In this document: piece by piece, positions 17,120-26,355 of the stretch
How positions within the stretch are numbered: the stretch's first letter is position 1
Layout of the letters: every line of letters starts with the position of its first letter
Source of the DNA: Candidatus Dadabacteria bacterium
GTDB lineage: Bacteria; Desulfobacterota_D; UBA1144; Nemesobacterales; Mycalebacteriaceae
Length of the DNA stretch: 64,000 bases
Direction: 5' to 3'
NCBI GenBank assembly: GCA_026708565.1
Contig: JAPOUR010000002.1
Coordinates: 49,131-113,130, forward strand
Program-made: the position numbers and the translations under genes
Notes under the pieces: model-generated
The model's input: only the letters and a program-made list of their open reading frames with translations
Database searches by the model: none
Told to the model about the DNA's origin: nothing

Positions 17120-18850
17120 ATGCGTCTTTTATTCAAACCGCGCGACCAGAAATATGTGGGGACGGGGGACTTGCCCTTCGGAACCTTTGATGACACTTCC
17201 CAGTGGCATCCCGTTACAAAGAACCTTGAGAAAGGAGCCGAACAGTTTCCCGGCAAAGACATGTTCAAAGTGGGCGACAGGGACGGCAACATCGTCAAAA
17301 CCTTTTCCTACGGGGAGACCAACGAACTTGCCAACAAGGTGGCAAACACGCTTATAAAGGATTTCGGCGTCAAAAAGGGCGACAAGGTGGGTATGTATAT
17401 GCTCAACTGCGCCGAATATGTTCTCACCATCATCGCGGCGCACAAAACCGGCGCCGTGCAGGTTCCCGTGAACAAAGACGAAAAGGGCGAGCGCCTCGCC
17501 TATGTCATCAACTACTCCGGGATGAAAGTGCTTGTCATAGACGGCGGCAGCATTCCCTACCTTGAAGAGATAGCGGACTCGCTTGAAGCCCTTGAAGCCA
17601 TCTTCGTTGTGGCGGAGGGGGACGAGAAAATTCCCGAAAGCATAGGAAAGGTGAAAGTTCACCCCTTTTCGGTTTTTGACGGCGGCGACACCGCCAACCC
17701 CGGCGTGGATGTTTCCGTGGACGACATGGAGAGATGCATGTTCACTTCGGGCACGACCGGAATGCCCAAGGGCGTGGCAAGAGACCACGGCGGCGTTGTT
17801 ATGACGGTGCGCTCCTACATACAGCAGCAGGGAATACGGGGCGATGACACCCTGATGAGCGTTCTGTCGCTCGGGCACGCAAACGCGCAGGTTATGTGCC
17901 TTTTCAGCGCCATGGGCGCGGGCGCGACGGCGGTTTTCTTCCCGCGCTTTTCCGCCTCCAATTTCTGGAAATGGGCCGCCGGTTGCGGAGCAACTTCCAT
18001 CAACATGCTCGGCGCGGTCGCCGAATACCTGTGGTCCGCCCCGCAAAGCGAATGGGACGCCAAACACAAGGTCAGAATAATGCTTGGCTCTCCCGCCCCC
18101 AGAGACCTTGACCAGTTTCAGCAGAGGTTCAATGTGAGGGTTATAGACGGATACGGCTCAACGGAGATGGGAATGGTTCTCTGGAAAGACCCCGAAGACC
18201 ACCGCCCCGGCTCCTCAGGCTTCCCGATGGAGGGATACCACGTGGAGCTCAGAAAGCCCGAAAGCGCGGACGAGCCGGTGAAATACTTCTGGGACCCCTC
18301 AGACAACATCACCCCGCCCGATGAGGCAAAGGGGCTTCTGTTCATAAAGCCGCTTGTGCCCCACACCACTCTCAACGAATACTTCAAGGATGAAAGGCGC
18401 ACAAGGGAAGCGTTTGACGATGAAGGATTTTTCAACTCCGATGACCTTTTCGCAAGGGGCATTGACGGCAGATACTACTTTGCCGGCAGATACAGCAGGA
18501 TAAGGGTTTCGGGCGAAAACGTTGACCCCGTGGCCGTTGCCGACGAGGCGATGCAGTATGCGGCGATTCAGGAGGCGATAGCCGTGGGTCTGCGCCTTCC
18601 CAACGTTTCGGATGACGAAATCAAACTGTGCCTGACTCTGAAGAAGGGCGAAACCTTTGACCCGGCGGAGTTCTGCAAATGGATGGCCGAAAGGGTTATG
18701 GTTGCCATGGTTCCGAGGTTCATTGAGGTTTACGAAGACGGGTTTCCCGTAACCGCCACCCAGAAGGTCAAGGTTGCCGAGATAAAAGAGATAACCGACA
18801 AGACATGGGACAGGAATGAGGCGGGGCTCAAATTTAGTGCGAGAAAGTAA
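17120..18850 (+). CDS. AMP-dependent synthetase/ligase (acyl-CoA synthetase family), paralog 2
   Basis: Aligns along its full length with 13596..15326, sharing MxLLFxPRDxKYxGxGDLPFGxFDDT, FTSGTTGMPKGV and GYGSTEMG. AGGAGG SD. Confidence 0.85.
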   Translation: MRLLFKPRDQKYVGTGDLPFGTFDDTSQWHPVTKNLEKGAEQFPGKDMFKVGDRDGNIVKTFSYGETNELANKVANTLIKDFGVKKGDKVGMYMLNCAEYVLTIIAAHKTGAVQVPVNKDEKGERLAYVINYSGMKVLVIDGGSIPYLEEIADSLEALEAIFVVAEGDEKIPESIGKVKVHPFSVFDGGDTANPGVDVSVDDMERCMFTSGTTGMPKGVARDHGGVVMTVRSYIQQQGIRGDDTLMSVLSLGHANAQVMCLFSAMGAGATAVFFPRFSASNFWKWAAGCGATSINMLGAVAEYLWSAPQSEWDAKHKVRIMLGSPAPRDLDQFQQRFNVRVIDGYGSTEMGMVLWKDPEDHRPGSSGFPMEGYHVELRKPESADEPVKYFWDPSDNITPPDEAKGLLFIKPLVPHTTLNEYFKDERRTREAFDDEGFFNSDDLFARGIDGRYYFAGRYSRIRVSGENVDPVAVADEAMQYAAIQEAIAVGLRLPNVSDDEIKLCLTLKKGETFDPAEFCKWMAERVMVAMVPRFIEVYEDGFPVTATQKVKVAEIKEITDKTWDRNEAGLKFSARK

Positions 18851-18872
18851 CCTCTCTCCGGACATCCGCTTT

Positions 18873-19322
18873 ATGGAGGCGGCCCTTGCCGAGGCGCGCA
18901 TTGCGGCGGGCGGGGGCGAGGTCCCCGTGGGGGCGGTCATACGCGGCCCCGGCGGCGGGGTTATTGCCTCGGCGCACAACAGCATGGAGTCTCTGGGAGA
19001 CCCCACCGCGCACGCCGAAATACTTGCGGTAAGAAGCGCCGCCGCAAAGACGGGCGACTGGCGCCTCGGCGGTTGCGTTCTCTACGTTACCCTTGAGCCG
19101 TGTATGATGTGCATGGGCGCGGTGGCGAATTCGCGCATTGAGACCGTTGTTTTCGGCGCATACGATGAAACTGTCGGCGCTCTTGACAGCAACCGCGCGC
19201 CGGTGTCCCATACGGTCGGATACCGCGGCGGCGTGCTGGAGCGCGAGTGCGGAGACCTGATAAGGGACTTCTTCCGCGATGTCAGGCAAAGGAGGCAAAA
19301 ATGTCACTTAACTTTGAGTTGA
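18873..19322 (+). CDS. tadA: tRNA adenosine(34) deaminase
   Basis: HAEILAV and PCMMCMGA zinc-binding deaminase motifs, plus FMEAALAEA. The start is uncertain (ATG 18873 or an upstream GTG around 18837). Confidence 0.85.
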   Translation: MEAALAEARIAAGGGEVPVGAVIRGPGGGVIASAHNSMESLGDPTAHAEILAVRSAAAKTGDWRLGGCVLYVTLEPCMMCMGAVANSRIETVVFGAYDETVGALDSNRAPVSHTVGYRGGVLERECGDLIRDFFRDVRQRRQKCHLTLS

Positions 19323-20443
19323 GCGAAGAGCAGAAGCTGTTTCAGGAAACACTTGCGGACTTCTGCGCGAACAAGATAGAGCCGCTTGTTGAGGAGCATG
19401 AGAAAGAGGAGAAGTTCCCGATGGAGATTTTCTCCATGCTCGGGGAGATGGGATTTTTGGGAATTATGTATCCCGAAGAATACGGCGGGGTCGGCATGGA
19501 CAAGGTAACCGACTGCGTGTTTGCCGAGGAGATGGGCAAGGTGTGGTCGGCGGCGGCAATGGCGGTCAACGCCCACATAGGGCTTGCGTGCTTCCCGATA
19601 TACAAGTTCGGGACCGAGGAGCAGAAGCAGAAATATCTTGTTCCGGGAATCAAGGGGGAAAAGATAGGCGCGCTCGGTCTGACGGAGCCCGGAGCCGGGT
19701 CGGACGCCCGCAGCATCAGGTCTCAGGCGGTAAAAGAGGGTGACAAATACATACTGAACGGCACAAAGACGTGGATAACAAACGGCAGCATGGCGGATTT
19801 CTCGGTGGTCGCCGCCTATACGGACAAGACAAAAAAGGGCGAGGGGATAAGCATATTCATAGTGGAGAAGGGCTTTCCCGGATTTAGTGTCAGCAGCAAA
19901 ATACACAAACTCGGCCACCGCGCCGCGGACACCTCCGAATTGATTTTTGAAAACTGCGAAGTTCCCGCCGAAAACCTTCTGGTGGGCGAGGGCGGTTTCG
20001 GCTCCGCGATGGAGACTCTTCTCGGCGCGCGCATAACGCATGCGGCGAAATCGGTCGGCCTTGCTCAGGCCGCCTACGAATACGCGCTTCAATACGCAAC
20101 GGAGAGGGAGACCTTCGGCAAGCCCATATCAAAGCATCAGGAGATAAGTTCCAAACTTGCGACCATGGCGACCAAAATAGAGGCCGCGCGCTTGCTGGTC
20201 TATGAGGCCGCATGGCTCTACGGCGGCGGCGGGCCCGCGCTCAAGAATGCTTCAATGGCGAAACTGTTCGCCGCCGATGTCGTTCAATGGGTGGCGACCG
20301 AGGCCATTCAGGTACTCGGCGGATACGGCTACAGCGTTGAATACAAGGCGGAGCGCTTCTTCAGAGACGCGCGCCTGTCCTCCATAACCGAGGGGACTTC
20401 TGAGATTCAGCGCCTTGTAATAGCGCGTGAAATCGGTTGCTGA
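19301..20443 (+). CDS. acyl-CoA dehydrogenase
   Basis: MSLNFELSEEQKLFQETLADF..., GLTEPGAGSD, WITNG, and a C-terminal RDARLSSITEGTSEIQRLVIARE. AAGGAGG SD before the ATG at 19301. Confidence 0.9.
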   Translation: MSLNFELSEEQKLFQETLADFCANKIEPLVEEHEKEEKFPMEIFSMLGEMGFLGIMYPEEYGGVGMDKVTDCVFAEEMGKVWSAAAMAVNAHIGLACFPIYKFGTEEQKQKYLVPGIKGEKIGALGLTEPGAGSDARSIRSQAVKEGDKYILNGTKTWITNGSMADFSVVAAYTDKTKKGEGISIFIVEKGFPGFSVSSKIHKLGHRAADTSELIFENCEVPAENLLVGEGGFGSAMETLLGARITHAAKSVGLAQAAYEYALQYATERETFGKPISKHQEISSKLATMATKIEAARLLVYEAAWLYGGGGPALKNASMAKLFAADVVQWVATEAIQVLGGYGYSVEYKAERFFRDARLSSITEGTSEIQRLVIAREIGC

Positions 20444-20543
20444 CCGCCTTTGCCCGCAGTCTCCGACTGTTAATAAACTATTGACTTGCCCCCCTTTTTT
20501 CTGTTAAAAAGGTCTTAACTCTTACTTAAGGAGGTAAGGAGAA

Positions 20544-21077
20544 ATGGTAGTTGAAGGACTGTTAGGTTACGTTCTTCTGCTGGTAGGGTTTGTATTCTTT
20601 GCAAATGGAATGACCCTGCTCGGTAAGACAGGAGGCAAAGAGGTCGGGGTTCTCAACCTCGGTGTTGCGCTTCTTATAGCGAAAGCGGCGTGGGAACTTC
20701 ACGCGGCGGGTGTAACTGCGGGAGCCGCTCTGGTTTCTGTATTCGCGCTCATATACCTTCTGGTATATGCGGTTTTTGTGCACGGGCACGACGCCAAGGG
20801 TCTTGGCTGGTATTGTCTGTTCGCGACGATAGCGTTCGTATGGTACGCCCTTAAGGTGTTCCCTGCGGGAATGGAGTCGGCTGGAGTCGGCATGTTTGGC
20901 GTTTTCTGCCTTGCATGGGCTTTGCTTACTCTGCTTTGCTTCTTCGCGTTTGCTCAGGGCAAAAATCTTGGAAGCATGATAGGGTATCTCTTCATTATTG
21001 AAGCGTTTTTGACCCTGCTGATTCCGGGAATGATGCTTTTGTCAGGCACATGGAAGCCCCTTACGGGCGGTGTCTGA
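20544..21077 (+). CDS. AmiS/UreI-family channel-like membrane protein (6 TM)
   Basis: 177 aa and highly hydrophobic. The N-terminus GYVLLLVGFVFFANGMTLLGKTGGKEVGVLNL resembles the AmiS/UreI N-terminal consensus. Strong SD (AAGGAGGTAAGGAG) and a TTGACT-17-TAAAAA promoter-like element at about 20483. Confidence 0.5.
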   Translation: MVVEGLLGYVLLLVGFVFFANGMTLLGKTGGKEVGVLNLGVALLIAKAAWELHAAGVTAGAALVSVFALIYLLVYAVFVHGHDAKGLGWYCLFATIAFVWYALKVFPAGMESAGVGMFGVFCLAWALLTLLCFFAFAQGKNLGSMIGYLFIIEAFLTLLIPGMMLLSGTWKPLTGGV

Positions 21078-21110
21078 TAAAGACGCATTTTCCAAACTGG
21101 AAGAACAAAA

Positions 21111-21146
21111 AAGAGGAAGTCCCTTGCGGGGCTTCCTCTTTTTTTA
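21111..21146 (+). terminator. rho-independent terminator
   Basis: aagaggaagtccc-ttgc-ggggcttcctctt hairpin followed by a T run, immediately after the 20544..21077 gene. Confidence 0.8.
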
Positions 21147-21170
21147 TGCGGCTGTGGTATAGTTTGAACC

Positions 21171-21788
21171 GTGGCCATAAAAGTCAAAGTTGTCCGCTCC
21201 CCTGAGCTCAGTTTCCTTGAGCGTCTGCACTTTCCGCAGATACTTGCCGGGCTTTGGATAACATTCAAAAGCCTGTTTCGCTCCAAGGTAACCGTCAGTT
21301 ACCCCGATGAGGTAAAGGAACTCCCCCCGAACTACAGGGGTCTTCATGAGATGCCCGCCGATGATGACGGCGAAATCCGGTGCGTTGCGTGCAAACTGTG
21401 CGAGGTGGCATGCCCCACTCAGGCGATCTCAATAGTCAGCGAGCCCGCCGATGACTACGGGGTTGAGAGAAGACCGGGTGTTTACAACATAGATTTTATG
21501 CGCTGCGTTTTCTGCGGCTTCTGCGTTGAGGCGTGTCCGTGCGATGCGCTCAGAATGGGCATGAAGTTTGAACTCTCTTCCTACAACAGGGCGGGGCTTG
21601 TTCATACAAAAGAGGTGTTCTTCAACCCGAATTTGAAAAGCGACGCCCCGAGAGACAACGCCAACTTTCTCTACCAGTGCATGAAGGGAGACACGCTCGG
21701 CGCAACCGCCGAGGAGGTGGGCGGGGTCAGGCGGCTTGACGGCTCCTACCGGCTTTCTTCCGGTTCGGAGGGCGGCGGCAGGTCCTGA
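21171..21788 (+). CDS. nuoI: NuoI-like 2x[4Fe-4S] ferredoxin subunit (NADH-quinone oxidoreductase subunit I family), not in a nuo operon
   Basis: FLERLHFPQILAGLWITFK..., VSYPDE, CVACKLCEVACP and CVFCGFCVEACP. GTG start 7 nt after an extended -10 (TGGTATAGT, 21155-21163). The C-terminal ~50-aa extension overlaps the convergent accAD 3' end. Confidence 0.75.
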   Translation: MAIKVKVVRSPELSFLERLHFPQILAGLWITFKSLFRSKVTVSYPDEVKELPPNYRGLHEMPADDDGEIRCVACKLCEVACPTQAISIVSEPADDYGVERRPGVYNIDFMRCVFCGFCVEACPCDALRMGMKFELSSYNRAGLVHTKEVFFNPNLKSDAPRDNANFLYQCMKGDTLGATAEEVGGVRRLDGSYRLSSGSEGGGRS

Positions 21789-23581
21789 GTCCCGCCGTCC
21801 GGCTTTTTGTTTCTCAGTCTTAAAAGCCCGGAGACAAGCGGCTTTAGCTGCGTTCTCTCCACCGCCGCGTGAATGCCGCCGTTTTTCAGATAAAAGTCCG
21901 GAGTCATGGTGTCGGGGTTCACCCCTCTTCCCCCGCTTGTCAGTTTCACGACCCTGTCTCCCGCAAATGCTATTATGGATTTTTTCTCGGCAATGATGAA
22001 ATCGCCCTGAACCGCATAACTGGCAAGAGAGCCGCCCGTGGTGGGGTGGGCGAGAACCGATATGTATGACAGCCCCGACTCTTTGAGTTTGAGGATGGCC
22101 GAGATGGTTTTTGCCATTTGATAAAGGGCGACCGTTCCTTCCTGCATTCTTGCGCCGCCGCTTGCGGTTACCGATATCAAGTCCAGATCGTTCTGTATGC
22201 AGTAGTCAACTATCATCCGCATCTTCTCGCCGAAAACCGCGCTCATTGAGCCCCCCATGAAGCGGAAATCGCATATGGCGCAACCCGCCGGGCGGCCGAA
22301 TATGGAGCCGTATCCCACTACCAGAGAGTCTTTTGAGTTTGTTTTGCCCGCCATCTTTTTTCTGGTCTGGGAGTAGTCCGCGAGGTTGAACTGCGAGGAC
22401 AGGTCCTCCACGGTCAATTCCGGGCTTATCTCGTTAAAACTGCCCTCGTCAAACAGAAACTCTATGTAGTCGTCAGAGCCCAGCGATTCGGGCTTGTTGC
22501 AGTAGGGGCAGGAAAACAGGTTGGCCTCAACCTCCTCTCTCTTGTAGCGGTTGTGGCATCCGGCGCGCACTATCTTGCCCTCCGAATCCTTTTCATCGTT
22601 GCAGAAAAACGGCTCCGCGCCGTAAATGGCGAGTTGTATTTCGGACACTTCCGGCGTTTTGGCGACGGACAGCCTTGAAGGCAGAAACGACTTGAGTTTT
22701 CTGCTTATGACCTTGTAAATGTCCGACCGGTCTTCCACCCGTCCGCACAGGTTTATGTTGCTCCGCAGAGTGTTTTTGAGCTCTTCAACATCTCTTTTCT
22801 CAATGTCTTCAATGGCCTGCGCGAGGCGTCGCCCCGCATTTTTGGCGGTTTCCGCCGCATAGTTTTTTGAGCCGATTTTCGGCTCCCGAATGATGTCGTC
22901 AATTATGTTGTATTTCAGCATGTGCTCCGGCGAGGGCTGAAGAACCTCAAGGGCTTCGGCCACCTTGTCCGGGCTTCTGAACAGAATGGCGGAACACCCC
23001 TCCGGTGTGATGACCGAGAACTCCGCCCGCGCGAGCATAAGACGGCAGTGCGCGAGTTGCAGCGCTATCGCGCCGCCGCTGCCACCAAGCCCGATTATTG
23101 TTGAGACCGACCGGGTCGCCAGCGAGAGCATCTTTGCCTGACACCCCGATATGAGCCACGACTGAAGTTTTTCCGCCGAATACTCGTACGGGTCTCCGCC
23201 CACGGTGTCTATGAAGGTGTTGATAATAAGCCCGTTCTTCTCGGCGTATTCCATCATGTTAATGGATATGGCGTAGCCGTCCGCCTTCACCATTCCGTAG
23301 TTCATCGCCGCGCGCTCCTCTTCATTTGAGGGGGTTTGCTGGGCTATAACGGCAACCCGTTTGCCGTTTTCTTTAAGCGTTCCCACCCCGGCTATAACGG
23401 CCGGGTCGTCCGCTATCTCAATCACCCTTCCGGAGGGTGATTTTATGGTTCGTGAAAAGCCGTCAAGCCCACTCCACGGCGTAAAGTCGGCATACAAAAG
23501 ACCGACAAGCGCGCGCGCCTTGATTCTGTCAGGGGATTTGGCTTCCTCGTGCGCCTCAACCGCTTTGGATTGTTTTGACAT
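21746..23581 (-). CDS. fused carboxyltransferase, AccA-like N-terminal half plus AccD-like C-terminal half
   Basis: The N-terminal half aligns to E. coli AccA (NYGMVKADGYAISINMMEYAEKNGLIINTFIDTVGG...IGLGGSGGAIAL...SVITPEGCSAILF...IIDDIIREP). The C-terminal half aligns to AccD (Zn-ribbon CPYCN, FRFMGGSMSAVFGEK, SASGGARMQEG, ISVLAHPTTGGSLASYA). Confidence 0.8.
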   Translation of the reverse strand: MSKQSKAVEAHEEAKSPDRIKARALVGLLYADFTPWSGLDGFSRTIKSPSGRVIEIADDPAVIAGVGTLKENGKRVAVIAQQTPSNEEERAAMNYGMVKADGYAISINMMEYAEKNGLIINTFIDTVGGDPYEYSAEKLQSWLISGCQAKMLSLATRSVSTIIGLGGSGGAIALQLAHCRLMLARAEFSVITPEGCSAILFRSPDKVAEALEVLQPSPEHMLKYNIIDDIIREPKIGSKNYAAETAKNAGRRLAQAIEDIEKRDVEELKNTLRSNINLCGRVEDRSDIYKVISRKLKSFLPSRLSVAKTPEVSEIQLAIYGAEPFFCNDEKDSEGKIVRAGCHNRYKREEVEANLFSCPYCNKPESLGSDDYIEFLFDEGSFNEISPELTVEDLSSQFNLADYSQTRKKMAGKTNSKDSLVVGYGSIFGRPAGCAICDFRFMGGSMSAVFGEKMRMIVDYCIQNDLDLISVTASGGARMQEGTVALYQMAKTISAILKLKESGLSYISVLAHPTTGGSLASYAVQGDFIIAEKKSIIAFAGDRVVKLTSGGRGVNPDTMTPDFYLKNGGIHAAVERTQLKPLVSGLLRLRNKKPDGGTQDLPPPSEPEESR

Positions 23582-23615
23582 ATAAGCCGCCGCTACCGCC
23601 GCGGTGCGGCGCGAT

Positions 23616-23945
23616 TCAGAGGTTGAAAGACTGCCCGCAACCGCAGGAGCCTTTTGAATTGGGGTTGCTTATGGAAAACCCCGTGCCGTCCAGTCCGCCC
23701 CGGTAGTCAAGGCTTGCGCCTTCAAGGTATCCGAAACTTATGCCGTCAACCACGACCCTGACGCCTTGCTCCTCAAACACTTTGTCCGACTCGTCGGTCT
23801 CGTCATCAAACCCCATCTCGTAGGAAAATCCGGAGCAGCCGCCCGGCACCACACGAACGCGCAGAAACCCGCCCGTCATATCCTCGGCGGAAAGCAGTTT
23901 TTTTATCTCGTCCGCCGCCTGTTTGGTAACCCCGAACATTGCCAT
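23616..23945 (-). CDS. erpA: iron-sulfur cluster insertion protein (HesB/IscA/ErpA family)
   Basis: 109 aa. GGCSGFSYEMGFDD... and C-terminal CGCGQSF are the A-type carrier signature. Confidence 0.9.
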   Translation of the reverse strand: MAMFGVTKQAADEIKKLLSAEDMTGGFLRVRVVPGGCSGFSYEMGFDDETDESDKVFEEQGVRVVVDGISFGYLEGASLDYRGGLDGTGFSISNPNSKGSCGCGQSFNL

Positions 23946-23963
23946 TTCAAACCTCCCCGCCGT

Positions 23964-23998
23964 AAGCGGGCTCTGCGATTATACAACAGAGCCCGCTT
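23964..23998. promoter_or_regulatory. 12-bp perfect inverted repeat bracketing the erpA -10 box (candidate operator)
   Basis: aagcgggctctg (23964-23975) and cagagcccgctt (23987-23998). The 11-nt loop reads ttgtataatcg on the minus strand, i.e. TATAAT for erpA. It lies in the divergent erpA/pepP intergenic region, so it is not a terminator. Confidence 0.5.
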
Positions 23999-24041
23999 TA
24001 AGACAACCACCGCCTTGCTATTGCGGTATAGTTGTTGGCAA

Positions 24042-25166
24042 ATGAAAAGCAAAAAAGCGGTGTTGATCATAGATTCAAGCGAAGCAAACCCCGACCTGCT
24101 TTACGCCACGGGCGGGTTTGCCGTTCCCGACCCCGTTGTTTTTCTCAAGCACGGCGGCGAGTCCATACTGGTTTTGAGCGACCTTGAACTCGCGCGCGGA
24201 AAAAAAGAGGCCGCCGTTTCCAAAGTGATTCCGCTTTCCCGGTATGCGGGGTCGCGGGGCCGCCGTTCTCTTGCCGATATAGCGGCGGCCCTTGCCGCCG
24301 AGAGAAAAATTTCCCGCGTGGAAGTGGGCGCGACCTTTCCCCTCGCGTTTGCGGACGCGCTCAGAAAGAAGGGTTTGAAGGTGTCGTGCGCAAGCGGGGC
24401 GATGCTGTTTGAGGAAAGGATGAAAAAGAGCGCGGGGGAGGTGTCGCTCATCCGCAAGTCTCTTGCGGACACGGCATCCGCCATGAGAGAGGCAACCGCC
24501 CTTGTGCTGGGAGCGAAGGCGGGCAGAAACGGCGTTCTGCTGTCGGGCGGAAAGCCTCTGACTTCGGAGAGGATAAAGGGTGTAATAAATTCCCGTCTTG
24601 CGGGCGCGGGATATTCGGTTTCGGGAACAATAGTCGCCTGCGGAGAGCATTCCGCCATGCCGCACCACGGGGGGGAGGGTCCCGTTTTCACAGGCCGCCC
24701 GGTTGTCATAGACATCTTTCCCCGGTCGCCGTCCGGCTACTTCGGAGACATGACGCGCACGGTGGTTCACGGTCGCCCGCCGCCTGAGATTGTCCGCATG
24801 CACGGGGCTGTTTTGAAAGCCCAGCGTCTCGCCTTCGGGATGATAAGGCACGGTGTCAAAGCCGCGGATGTTCACGGGGCGGTAACGGAATTTTTTGAGT
24901 CCTCGGGGTTTCATACCGACAGGGGGGAAACCCCTCAGGGCTTTATCCATTCCACCGGACACGGGCTTGGCATGGGGCTTCACGAGCCGCCGTCCGTGGG
25001 GCCTTCGGGCGGGGTGTTGCGGGAGGGCAATGTCGTAACCGTTGAGCCGGGGCTTTACTACGAGGGCGCGGGCGGAGTGCGAATTGAAGATGTTGTTGTT
25101 GTAACGCGGTCCGGTTGCGTCAACTTGACGAGGTGTTCAAAACGGCTTTTCAACCCTTGCCCGTGA
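24042..25166 (+). CDS. M24-family Xaa-Pro peptidase
   Basis: ORF 23766 trimmed to the ATG at 24042 (MKSKKAVLIIDSSEANPDLLY). Metal-ligand motifs VVIDIFPR..GYFGDMTRT, HSTGHGLGMGLHEPP and VTVEPGLYYEGAGGVRIED. Confidence 0.85.
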   Translation: MKSKKAVLIIDSSEANPDLLYATGGFAVPDPVVFLKHGGESILVLSDLELARGKKEAAVSKVIPLSRYAGSRGRRSLADIAAALAAERKISRVEVGATFPLAFADALRKKGLKVSCASGAMLFEERMKKSAGEVSLIRKSLADTASAMREATALVLGAKAGRNGVLLSGGKPLTSERIKGVINSRLAGAGYSVSGTIVACGEHSAMPHHGGEGPVFTGRPVVIDIFPRSPSGYFGDMTRTVVHGRPPPEIVRMHGAVLKAQRLAFGMIRHGVKAADVHGAVTEFFESSGFHTDRGETPQGFIHSTGHGLGMGLHEPPSVGPSGGVLREGNVVTVEPGLYYEGAGGVRIEDVVVVTRSGCVNLTRCSKRLFNPCP

Positions 25167-26355
25167 GGTCGCGGGCGAGTTTCCAGCCGTCCTCAAAAAC
25201 TGTTCCCGAATCTTCGGCGCACTTTTCCGAATACACCCTTTCTCCGTAATCGGCAACGGAGCGCGAATCGTATATGGCAAACGGCACAGGGTCTCTTGAG
25301 TGGGTTCTGAGGGACAGGGGCGTGGGATGGTCGGATGTGAGCAGCGCTCTGAAATCACCGAACCGCTCCATACCCTCCAGCGCGGGACCCGCCACTCTGC
25401 CGTCAAAGTCTTCAACGGCGCGGAGTTTCAGTTCCGTCTTGCCCACATGCCCGGTTTCGTCCGTTGCCTCTATGTGAATCATCACAAGGTCGGTTGTCTC
25501 AAGAGCCCGTAGAGCGCTCTCAACCTTGCCTTCGTAGTTTGTGTCCAGATACCCGGTCGCGCCGGGAACTTCTATCACTTCCATTGCGGCGCACCTGCCG
25601 ATACCCTTCACAAGGTCAACCGCCGAGATAACCGCCCCCTTCACGCCGAGAGTCTCCTCCAGAGGCGGGAGGGACGGAGCGGTTCCCTCGCCCCACAGCC
25701 ATACGGCGTTTGCGGGATGTTCGCCTTTTTCCTCTCTGCGCCGGTTGACCGGGTGGTTTTTAAGGACCTCTTTTGCGTCCTCCATAAGTTTGCGGAAAAA
25801 TCCGGAGTCTTTTCCGCGCGGGAGAAACTGCTCCGTCTCCTTTCCTAAAATGTCGTGCGGCGGCGTTGACGAAATTCCGGAGCGCGACCTGTCGGTAATC
25901 AGGAGGTGGCGGTAACTCACGCCCGCAAGCAGCCGGACGCCCCGCGACTCAAACGCTTGGGCTACGCTTTCTATGAGTTCGCGCGCCTGCTCCGTGGAGA
26001 TATGCCCGGCGCTGTAGTCTTCCATGACCTCCGCGCCGCCGGTCTCCGTCAGGGTTACCAGATTGCACCTGCAAGTCAGGTCTGTTTCTTTAAGGGGGAT
26101 GCCCATTCCCGCCGCCTCAAGCGGAGACCTGCCCGTGTAGTGGGCAAGGGGGTCGTATCCCAGAACGCTGAGGTTGCCCACATCGCTTCCGGGCGGAAGG
26201 GACGGGGGGATGTGCGAGGCGATGCCGAAAACGGACGCGCCGCGCGCTATGCGGTCAAGGTTTGGTGTCGCCGCAACCTCAAGAACGGTTTTGCCCCCCA
26301 GTTCGGCAAGCGGTCTGTCCGGCATGCCGTCTCCCTGAAGAATGAGATATTTCAA
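25150..26355 (-). CDS. apgM: cofactor-independent phosphoglycerate mutase, archaeal-type (ApgM family)
   Basis: MKYLILQGDGMPDRPL...TPNLDRIA..., IHIEATDETGH and LLTSDHPTP are the ApgM/metalloenzyme superfamily pattern. Confidence 0.85.
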   Translation of the reverse strand: MKYLILQGDGMPDRPLAELGGKTVLEVAATPNLDRIARGASVFGIASHIPPSLPPGSDVGNLSVLGYDPLAHYTGRSPLEAAGMGIPLKETDLTCRCNLVTLTETGGAEVMEDYSAGHISTEQARELIESVAQAFESRGVRLLAGVSYRHLLITDRSRSGISSTPPHDILGKETEQFLPRGKDSGFFRKLMEDAKEVLKNHPVNRRREEKGEHPANAVWLWGEGTAPSLPPLEETLGVKGAVISAVDLVKGIGRCAAMEVIEVPGATGYLDTNYEGKVESALRALETTDLVMIHIEATDETGHVGKTELKLRAVEDFDGRVAGPALEGMERFGDFRALLTSDHPTPLSLRTHSRDPVPFAIYDSRSVADYGERVYSEKCAEDSGTVFEDGWKLARDLTGKG

